Part shown: positions 7,258 through 13,768 of the stretch, piece after piece
Numbering within the stretch: position 1 is the first letter of the stretch
Layout of the letters: the number at the start of each line of letters is the position of its first letter
From: Deltaproteobacteria bacterium
Lineage (GTDB): Bacteria; UBA10199; SPLOWO2-01-44-7
Length of the DNA: 42,728 nt
Reading direction: 5' to 3'
NCBI GenBank assembly: GCA_030688705.1
Contig: JAUYJH010000121.1
Coordinates: 1 to 42,728, forward strand
The notes under the pieces: generated by a model
Seen by the model: the letters and a program-made list of their open reading frames with translations, nothing else
Database searches by the model: none
What the model was told of the DNA's origin: nothing
Position numbers and translations under genes: made by a program

Positions 7258-8026
7258 AAAAAAAATGTTTTACATCGTGCCTTTGTTTTCCAGTTTTTTA
7301 ATCTGGTTTTCTCTTTATCACGTTCGCTTAAATGCATTCCAAATGGAACAAGACCGCGGCCTCATGCTTGCCAAAACAGTGGCCGCCGTCAACCGCGATG
7401 CGCTTCAAAACCGCCTCGACTTTTTGATCCGCCTTGATGAAGTGGCCGGAGCCAAAGGGATAAAAAAGGTTTTTGTTTTGGACGATCAGGAAAAAGTATT
7501 GGCACCCGTTTCTGATTTTGGCCGTCCGTGGAGCATACGTCATTCCGGCCCCCGATTTGTCATTCCCGCGAAAGCGGGGATGACAAACACATCAGAGAGT
7601 TTATCCGTTATTCCCATTCTTGGCCAAAATGAAGAAAAACTGGGGACGGCGGTTGTCTTGTTTGAACCCCAAATTCCCAAATTTTATCTTCTTTGGGCGG
7701 CCTTTTTTGTACCGCTTCTTTTTTCTTCGGGAGTTTTTCTTTGGCGCGTTTTGCCCCGGCGTAAAAATGTTGAAACTCCCAAGGAACAGGAATCTTTTGA
7801 ATGGCTCTCTCTTATGGGAGGGATGATGCAAAAAAAGGTCTATTGTTTTGACGCGTCGGGGTCTCTTTTGGCCTCTTCCAATGGCAATACTTATCGCCAT
7901 ATTCTCGATCTCTTTCCCGATGCAACCGTGGCACAACAGATTTTGGTTTCTCCCTCTCCTAAAGAGGGAATCCATCACATGGAGCTTAAAAATGGTAAAA
8001 GGCATATTATTGTCGCTCTCTCTTAG
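7253..8026 (+). CDS. Hypothetical two-TM membrane protein (sensor-like topology, no output domain)
   Basis: TM1 FYIVPLFSSFLIWFSLY, a ~130-aa external segment, TM2 FYLLWAAFFVPLLFSSGVFLW, then a ~90-aa tail. The ORF is open from GTG 7223. ATG 7253 or 7265 is more likely. It carries a family C repeat in frame (FVIPAKAGMTN). Confidence 0.5.
   Translation: MIKKMFYIVPLFSSFLIWFSLYHVRLNAFQMEQDRGLMLAKTVAAVNRDALQNRLDFLIRLDEVAGAKGIKKVFVLDDQEKVLAPVSDFGRPWSIRHSGPRFVIPAKAGMTNTSESLSVIPILGQNEEKLGTAVVLFEPQIPKFYLLWAAFFVPLLFSSGVFLWRVLPRRKNVETPKEQESFEWLSLMGGMMQKKVYCFDASGSLLASSNGNTYRHILDLFPDATVAQQILVSPSPKEGIHHMELKNGKRHIIVALS
7559..7584. repeat. Family C palindromic element (short copy)
   Basis: GTCATTCCCGCGAAAGCGGGGATGAC, a near-perfect hairpin lying in frame inside ORF 7253-8026. 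Confidence 0.75.
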
Positions 8027-9128
8027 CGCCCTATTTGTCATTGCGAGCGCGAGCGAAGCAATCTCTCGTGAAAGCCGTTTTGCCGCAACAGATTTGGCAG
8101 AGCAGTTTTATAAAATAGCGCATGAAAAGCGGGAGTCGGGGCAATTCAAGGCCGCGATTCAGGCCTTTGAGCAGGCGGCCTTTTTTAATCCCGGCTTGGC
8201 CGAGGCAAAAGTTCAAGAAGAAAAATTACGCAAAGAATTGCAGGCCCAGGCGCAAAACGCCTATCGCGAAGGGTTACAGCATTACCAATTACTCCGTTTT
8301 GAAGAGGCCAAACAAAGCTGGCAAGCGGCGCTCCATGCAATTGTGGATGAAGGGGATCCGTTGAAGATGAAGGTTGAAACGGCATTAGGGTATTCTAAAC
8401 CAATTTTTATAACTCCCTCTCCCCCTGTGGGAGAGGGATGGGGTGAGGGGGATATCCGCACCCTCCTTGAATCCGGCGATCAGGCCCAAGCCATGCTGGC
8501 CTTGAAAGAAACCCTGCAAAAATCTCCCGAAAACGAACGGGCCAAAAAAGTTTATGCCAATCTGGAAACATCGCTTAAAAAAGAGGGAACCGCCGGTCCC
8601 TCAAAAGAAATTGAAGAAAAATTCGCCGAAGCAAAACAGCTTTTGGATATGTCCCAAAACAAATCAACTCTTATAACTTATCATCAACTCAAAAAAGCCC
8701 ACGCCCTCTTTCAAGGCGACGATCTCAAACCACCATTTTTTAAACAGATTGAAGATGGCCTTGAAAAAAGCGCCGCCCAATTGACAAAAGAACTGGAGCC
8801 AAAATTGGCCCGATGGGAAAAAGAATGTTGTCATCCTGAACCCCAAGGGGGTGAAGGATCCCGAATGACAGCCGTCTCTCTCCGCCACGCCATTCAAAAT
8901 TATCCCCCCAACCCAAAAGCCGATGCGCTTTTGCAAAAAGTCTACGAACGCCTCGATGAGAAGGGACGTCCTCTTTTGATGATCGCCCGCACCAAGCAAG
9001 AGATGGAGGGCTGTTCCGTGGCATTGGAAGATTTTGAAGCCGTTAAAAAAGCGGCTGTTTTTTCGGAGGTTCCTGCTTGGGGAGAAGCCCACAAAAATCT
9101 GGAGGCGTGTAAAAAATCAGTTGAATAA
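7992..9128 (+). CDS. Exported helical/TPR-like protein (possible TadD analogue)
   Basis: Signal-like MVKGILLSLSLSALFVIASA, then helical repeats rich in A/E/K/Q/L (GQFKAAIQAFEQAAFFNPGLAEAKV). It is the last gene of the Tad cluster. The ORF is open from 7848, and ATG 7992 gives the signal peptide. It hosts three different repeats in frame. Confidence 0.5.
   Translation: MVKGILLSLSLSALFVIASASEAISRESRFAATDLAEQFYKIAHEKRESGQFKAAIQAFEQAAFFNPGLAEAKVQEEKLRKELQAQAQNAYREGLQHYQLLRFEEAKQSWQAALHAIVDEGDPLKMKVETALGYSKPIFITPSPPVGEGWGEGDIRTLLESGDQAQAMLALKETLQKSPENERAKKVYANLETSLKKEGTAGPSKEIEEKFAEAKQLLDMSQNKSTLITYHQLKKAHALFQGDDLKPPFFKQIEDGLEKSAAQLTKELEPKLARWEKECCHPEPQGGEGSRMTAVSLRHAIQNYPPNPKADALLQKVYERLDEKGRPLLMIARTKQEMEGCSVALEDFEAVKKAAVFSEVPAWGEAHKNLEACKKSVE
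8037..8065. repeat. Family A minimal copy, in frame
   Basis: GTCATTGCGAGCGCGAGCGAAGCAATCTC, translated as VIASASEAIS at the end of the predicted signal peptide. Confidence 0.7.
8414..8451. repeat. Family F G-rich palindromic element, in frame
   Basis: CTCCCTCTCCCCCTGTGGGAGAGGGATGGGGTGAGGGG, translated as PSPPVGEGWGEG. A second copy lies at 14654-14710. Confidence 0.75.
8830..8869. repeat. Family B short copy, in frame
   Basis: GTCATCCTGAACCCCAAGGGGGTGAAGGATCCCGAATGAC, translated as CHPEPQGGEGSRMT. Confidence 0.75.
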
Positions 9129-9149
9129 TTGTAACTTATACGGTACACT

Positions 9150-9476
9150 ATGGAAAGTTGGCCAAGAAAAGTTAAATTATATCGCACTCCGGATGGCAGG
9201 TCTCCTTTTGAGCAGTGGTTTTTTTCTCTAAGAGACGGTCGGACGAGAGCCAAAATCCGTACCTGTTTAGACAGAGTCGAAGCCGGCAATCTTGGAAAGT
9301 ATCGGTCAGTAGGTATGGGTGTTTATGAATTAAAAATTAATTTTGGCCCGGGATACAGAATTTATTTTGGAATGGAACAAGATGACATTATCTTATTATT
9401 GTGCGGAGGTGATAAAAATAAACAATGGAGTGATATCAAGAGGGCACAAGAATATTTAGAAAGTTATCGAGGTTAA
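9150..9476 (+). CDS. Type II toxin, RelE/ParE superfamily (addiction module killer protein type)
   Basis: PDGRSPFEQWFFSL...RAKIRTCLDRVEAGNLGKYRSVGMGVYELKINFGPGYRIYFGMEQDDIILLLCGGDKNKQWSDIKRAQEY is the characteristic sequence of this toxin family. It is 4 nt upstream of the cognate HTH gene. Confidence 0.9.
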   Translation: MESWPRKVKLYRTPDGRSPFEQWFFSLRDGRTRAKIRTCLDRVEAGNLGKYRSVGMGVYELKINFGPGYRIYFGMEQDDIILLLCGGDKNKQWSDIKRAQEYLESYRG

Positions 9477-9480
9477 ATAT

Positions 9481-9783
9481 ATGAAAAAAGAATCTAAAAC
9501 CAAAGATTACCATGAATTTCTTGTTGAATCTTTAAAGGACCCTGAAGAGGCGGCAGAATATCTTAATGTGGCGTTAGAAGAAGGAGATGAAAAAATGATT
9601 CTAAAAGCCCTTCGCAATGTTGCCGAGGCGGCGGGAGGGATGGGCGAAGTGGCTAAAAAAGCTCATTTGAGCCGAATGACTTTATATCGCGCCCTTTCTA
9701 AAAACGGCAATCCCGAATTTTCCAGTTTTTTGGAGATTCTCAAGGCGCTGAAAATCAAACTCATCTTCAAATCCGCGGCGTAA
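9481..9783 (+). CDS. Addiction module antidote protein (HTH, HigA-like)
   Basis: DYHEFLVESLKDPEEAAEYLNVALEEGDEKMILKALRNVAEAAGGMGEVAKKAHLSRMTLYRALSKNGNPEFSSFLEILKALKIKL is the typical antidote sequence paired with the preceding toxin type. Confidence 0.9.
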   Translation: MKKESKTKDYHEFLVESLKDPEEAAEYLNVALEEGDEKMILKALRNVAEAAGGMGEVAKKAHLSRMTLYRALSKNGNPEFSSFLEILKALKIKLIFKSAA

Positions 9784-9787
9784 TCAT

Positions 9788-9816
9788 TTGACTTATGCTT
9801 AGCGCTAAGCTAATAT
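9788..9816 (+). promoter_or_regulatory. Sigma-70-type promoter with a 14-bp palindromic operator in the spacer, predicting a leaderless mRNA
   Basis: TTGACT (9788-9793), a 17-nt spacer, then TAATAT (9811-9816). The spacer contains the perfect palindrome GCTTAGCGCTAAGC (9797-9810). The A of ATG 9823 is the 7th nt after the -10 hexamer, and no SD is present. Confidence 0.5.
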
Positions 9817-9822
9817 AGCCGC

Positions 9823-10071
9823 ATGTCTATCAAGTCTTTTGCCAAAGCACTGGGGCGAAAAGGGGGGTTGGCTCGTGCCAAAAGGCTCTCCGCCGAAAAG
9901 CGAAAATCCATTGCTTCTTCCGGCGGGCGTGCCCGGTCTGAATCTTTTGAGATCGCAAGAAGAATTAAAGAAAACTTCCGGTACGTATCTGCTATCCAAG
10001 CGTTGACGGGCGTTCCAAAGGTCCGTTCTCTGAAAACGGCCCGCAACAAACTGCCTGGAATTTATGGCTGA
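9823..10071 (+). CDS. Small basic protein (putative DNA-binding/antitoxin-like partner of the NTase)
   Basis: 82 aa, Lys/Arg-rich (ALGRKGGLARAKRLSAEKRKSIASSGGRARSE). Its stop overlaps the next start (ATGGCTGA, 10064-10071). Confidence 0.5.
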   Translation: MSIKSFAKALGRKGGLARAKRLSAEKRKSIASSGGRARSESFEIARRIKENFRYVSAIQALTGVPKVRSLKTARNKLPGIYG

Positions 10072-10591
10072 AATAACGGATTTCATTGAAGAGGCGGGAG
10101 AGATTGCCAATGAGCTTGAAGGTCTGGGCATGATGCCGGTTCTTGTCGGCGGCATGGCTTTGGTGATCATGGGGTCCCGGCGGGTGACACGGGATTTTGA
10201 TTTTTTGGTTTCTGCCGAGGCTTTGGATCACAAAGCGCTTCTCGATATTTTTTACAAAAGGGGTTTGGAACTGGCCTCCCGCGTCAATAAACAGGGAAAG
10301 ATTACGGCCACCCTGGATAACAAAAATATTGCGGCTGTTCGATTGCGTCTCGATGCTCCCCGCGGTGTTTATTTTTTCAACAAAAAAACGGGTTTGCGCA
10401 TTGATCTGCTTTTCGATTTCCCATTTCCAGCCAAAGAAATTGCCGCTAATGCCCAGACAAAAAAGGTGCAATCTTATCTCTTTCGCATTGCCTCCAAAAA
10501 AGACCTTCTTCGTCTCAAAGAGAAAGCTTGCAAAGATCGCGGCTTGTCAACCGATGCGCAGGATTTGGAGTTTTTGAAAAAACAGGGATGA
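10064..10591 (+). CDS. Minimal nucleotidyltransferase-fold protein (MNT/AbiEii-like superfamily)
   Basis: NTase signature GGMALVIMGSRRVTRDFDFLV (G-S-x-R-x-T-x-D-x-D), a later Asp in RIDLLFD, and C-terminal IASKKDLLRLKEKACKDRGLSTDAQDLEFL. It is a paralogue of ORF 23850-24308. Confidence 0.6.
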   Translation: MAEITDFIEEAGEIANELEGLGMMPVLVGGMALVIMGSRRVTRDFDFLVSAEALDHKALLDIFYKRGLELASRVNKQGKITATLDNKNIAAVRLRLDAPRGVYFFNKKTGLRIDLLFDFPFPAKEIAANAQTKKVQSYLFRIASKKDLLRLKEKACKDRGLSTDAQDLEFLKKQG

Positions 10592-10624
10592 CCAGAATGG
10601 TGTCCCACCAAAGGCGGGCAAGTG

Positions 10625-13600
10625 CTACTTATTGGTCGGATGAATCCAGTCAGCCATGGCAAAACCGATTTTTCTCCCAAGCCATTCGGTGCCGATATAA
10701 TTTCCAACACCCGAATAATGAATGCCCGCGCCGAGAGCAAAACCACTTCCCACCACAACCGCGGTAGTTGCCGCGGCCGATGAGGCTACGGTAGCTGCCG
10801 CAGCGGTGCCGGCACTTTTGGCAAAAGCCGCCGCGCCCGCCGCCATTACCGCCACCGCCGGTCCAGTCTGCCGGGCTGTTTGTGCGGCCATTTGTAATCC
10901 GATCCGCGCATTTTGCGCCTGTGTTGAAACAACTGATCTGGCCGTACGGACTAAATGGACACTGCCGTCATTGATAACCTGCCAGCCGAGCTTATGAGCC
11001 CCTGCGATAGTGGGCTTCGCCATTCCGGCGTATTTTGCCGTGTGTGCCCCCAATGCCGTGACGGCTGCTTCGGTTCCGGCAAAGCCGCCCAAAGTTCCTA
11101 TCGCTTCACTCGTGGCGCTTCCATGTTTCAGGGCTTTTACACCGGTTGCATCCAAACCTGCTTCGGTCACTTTTTTGGAGACCTCAAAAACAGGCGTTAT
11201 GGCCGCCAAGTGAAGTGGGGTATAGGGGTTGACTAATATAAAACCTCCCAATATGCCCAGCCCAATCCGGTCGTGCTCTTCTTCGGTGAGGAGCCCCACA
11301 TCTTTATGTGCCGCCACGCCGAGCGCCGCAAAGGCCCCCGCCATTTTGGCAAAACCGGGAATATCACTCCAAAATTTTCCAAGAAGATTCGGCGCCCGCA
11401 TGGACAAAGGCAAACCGGCAGGATTTCGGTTCACCATGTCATTCCGGCCCGCCACGTCATTCCGGAGTGCCACGTCATTCCGGCGAAAGCCGGAATCCAG
11501 TATTTTCGCTCCGGTTCTCCGTTCGGAGCCCGCCCTGAGCGAAGTCGAAGGGTTCTCCGTTCTCTGTGTCTCTGTTCTCCGTACCTCTGTTCTCCATTCT
11601 CCGCCCACTCTATGCCGTACATCCGCCCCTCTAACGGCAACTCTTCTCCCCGCCGTCCGTATCCTGCGGCCTTGGACTTTTCCGGCGGGGCCGGATGTTT
11701 TTCCTCCGCCATTTGTCCGTTGGGCTCTTTCTCTTTGACCCTCGGCCAAAGCGGTTTGAATCTCATGCGGATCTGAAAATACCAATTCAGGATTTTTGCC
11801 AAATTCAATAAGTTGTGCTGCAATTCTGGCCCGTTCGGCCTCGATGGAAGGGTGTTCCATGATAAAATCGAGAGCGGCTCCGGCCGATTCTCTTGAAATC
11901 AACAGACCGCCCACTTTTGCCTTTTCTTGTGTCAATGCGGCGATATCCTCTGCGCCAATGTGGGTCTGATCTTTAAATTGCGCCTCTCTGGCAAGCTCAT
12001 CGAGAAGGTTTAATGCTCCGGAATTGGGACTTTGTTCAAGAAACTTTGTTGCTGCGATAATTCTTGCAAACAAATTGTGTTCCGCACCCTGTATTCCATA
12101 TTCTTTGAATAAATCCGGCGCCATCTCTTTTAAAATCTGCGTCAAAGACTCAACACTGAAGTCTCCAATGTTGATAATTTTGCCCATTCGCCTCTCAATA
12201 TCGGGCACCGCTTCCCTGACTTTTTCGATTTCCGAAGTCGTTCCAACTAATACAAAGCCTGGGTTCTCTACTTCCAGCGTGGGGAGGACCATTCGGAAGG
12301 CGTTGGTTGATGTGGAACCGGGGCCGAATCCCGATGTTTCAGCGATTGATAACCAGTTTTGAAGTTCCTGGGCATGATAAATTCCCGGCTTTCCAAGCCA
12401 GGTTTTGTTGAGGGCATCCGCCACCTTTGCCGCCATTCCCTTGAACAAACCCCCTTTAGCGGCCATGCCTGTTGCATCGATATTGCCCGCACTCTTATTT
12501 CCGGCAAATTTTGCCCTTTTAAGTTTGATGCGATCATTCAAGAAGAGCCACTGAATATATTTCGCAATTAAATCTTTTCCGCTTCCGGAACGCCCGGCAA
12601 GAATAATATGGGGATGTTTTGAGTCCATGGCAGCTTGCACTTTTTTGACAATCTCCTCCACCTCGGGAACGACAACGATTCCTGGTTTTTCAACTTTCAG
12701 CTTTTCGGTTACATCTTTAATAAAGTCATCGACATTCATCTCCGTTTTGCCTTCCGTCGATTTTTTATGCAGTTGATACATCATCACGCCCACCCCTGCC
12801 CCAACAATTCCGGCCAGTGTTGCCGGTATTTGGCCCAATAATATTTTCCAGATCATCGTCTTTTGGCCATCTTTTAACCCTTTATCAGTGCGTGCTCCTT
12901 CAAACGCCTTTTGCAGGGCGGCGACAATTTGTTTGGCCCTTTCCGGCGTAAATTTGTCCGATTTTAAAATGGCTTTGGTTAATTTGCCGTCGACATCTTC
13001 AACAGACAATTTGTTGGTTACGGAGAGGTATTTTTTGTTATCCCCGTTTGGATCGATACACCCGTCGCCTTTGGGGATCTCCAACAGAGTCATTAGTTCA
13101 AGGATTTCCTCGTTTGTTAATTCGACGCCAAGCAGTGTGTTGTAAAATGCTCCCTTATTATCCTGACATTGCTTGTCCAAAATTTTGTGGCCCCCCTTTT
13201 TGTAAACCAATAAAGGGGTGCCTCCATCCACGCCCTTTGACGCGAATCGGCACATTTCATAAATAGAATCCGGGCTTTTGGGAACCAAGAGTTTTGTGTC
13301 ATCGTCGACTTCCAAATTATAGCCGTAATTCATGGCCTGAATGCGGCGTATCTCTTCATCGGTTTTCGGATTTCTTAATGTCCCAAGATCACCCGGTTCT
13401 GTTCTCTTCCCGCTCTCTAGTTCTTTTTTCTCCCTTTCCAAACTTTTTTCCACATCCCCCGGTTTGTCGTGCTGTGCCGACAGCCGGTTCTTTTGAGCCT
13501 TTGATGAAAGTGTGTTAAAATCATCGAGATTTTTTTTGATGCGTGTGTCCGTAACGGGGAAGACACGTACGCGATGCAGATCAGCATTTGGATTAAACCA

Positions 13601-13750
13601 ATCTTTGCCCTCTTTGTCTCCTTCAGGAACGCAGATCGGAATTTCATCTAGGGTTTGGTATGTGATGGCGGCGGCGTCGACATCTTCCCCCATGGGAAGA
13701 AATCCGTCTTGAAAACGCGCCCCTAATTTTTTTACGTTGTCATCGCCCAT
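10625..13750 (-). CDS. Large membrane-tethered protein with a degenerate Clp/Hsp100 NBD1-like AAA+ module and an Ala/Gly-rich hydrophobic C-terminus
   Basis: The ORF is open from TTG 13765. ATG 13750 is preceded by GGAG at 9 nt. Using numbering from 13765, the layout is:
- aa 1-300: unknown
- aa 304-331: TM helix
- aa ~362-600: collinear by eye with ClpB NBD1 (ILAGRSGSGKDLIAKYI; GFVLVGTTSEIEK...PDIERRMGKIINIGDFSVESL; GALNLLDELARE), but with Walker A GKD and Walker B IYHAQE
- aa ~700-780: Arg-rich segment encoded by repeats
- aa ~800-1046: Ala/Gly-rich hydrophobic region. Confidence 0.7.
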   Translation of the reverse strand: MGDDNVKKLGARFQDGFLPMGEDVDAAAITYQTLDEIPICVPEGDKEGKDWFNPNADLHRVRVFPVTDTRIKKNLDDFNTLSSKAQKNRLSAQHDKPGDVEKSLEREKKELESGKRTEPGDLGTLRNPKTDEEIRRIQAMNYGYNLEVDDDTKLLVPKSPDSIYEMCRFASKGVDGGTPLLVYKKGGHKILDKQCQDNKGAFYNTLLGVELTNEEILELMTLLEIPKGDGCIDPNGDNKKYLSVTNKLSVEDVDGKLTKAILKSDKFTPERAKQIVAALQKAFEGARTDKGLKDGQKTMIWKILLGQIPATLAGIVGAGVGVMMYQLHKKSTEGKTEMNVDDFIKDVTEKLKVEKPGIVVVPEVEEIVKKVQAAMDSKHPHIILAGRSGSGKDLIAKYIQWLFLNDRIKLKRAKFAGNKSAGNIDATGMAAKGGLFKGMAAKVADALNKTWLGKPGIYHAQELQNWLSIAETSGFGPGSTSTNAFRMVLPTLEVENPGFVLVGTTSEIEKVREAVPDIERRMGKIINIGDFSVESLTQILKEMAPDLFKEYGIQGAEHNLFARIIAATKFLEQSPNSGALNLLDELAREAQFKDQTHIGAEDIAALTQEKAKVGGLLISRESAGAALDFIMEHPSIEAERARIAAQLIEFGKNPELVFSDPHEIQTALAEGQRERAQRTNGGGKTSGPAGKVQGRRIRTAGRRVAVRGADVRHRVGGEWRTEVRRTETQRTENPSTSLRAGSERRTGAKILDSGFRRNDVALRNDVAGRNDMVNRNPAGLPLSMRAPNLLGKFWSDIPGFAKMAGAFAALGVAAHKDVGLLTEEEHDRIGLGILGGFILVNPYTPLHLAAITPVFEVSKKVTEAGLDATGVKALKHGSATSEAIGTLGGFAGTEAAVTALGAHTAKYAGMAKPTIAGAHKLGWQVINDGSVHLVRTARSVVSTQAQNARIGLQMAAQTARQTGPAVAVMAAGAAAFAKSAGTAAAATVASSAAATTAVVVGSGFALGAGIHYSGVGNYIGTEWLGRKIGFAMADWIHPTNK
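11438..11500. repeat. Family C element with a triplicated half-site, in frame in the large gene
   Basis: GTCATTCCGG occurs at 11438, 11456 and 11474, an exact 18-nt period. The last copy completes the hairpin GTCATTCCGGCGAAAGCCGGAATCCAG. It is translated on the minus strand as GFRRNDVALRNDVAGRNDMV. Confidence 0.8.
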
Positions 13751-13768
13751 AAATAAAATCTCCAATTA

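Noticed and set aside
10722-11776. Several plus-strand ORFs (91-169 aa) opposite the 3' third of the large gene
   Set aside because: They arise from the GC/Ala-rich sequence and the repeat block. The Pro/Ser/Arg-rich translations look non-protein-like. The minus-strand ORF is continuous over 3.1 kb.
11966-12682. Reading the large protein as a bona fide Clp/Hsp100 unfoldase
   Set aside because: Only one NBD-like module is present. Walker A is GKD and Walker B lacks the Asp. No N-domain, M-domain, second NBD or ClpP-docking loop is evident. I therefore call it a degenerate Clp-derived module rather than ClpA or ClpB.
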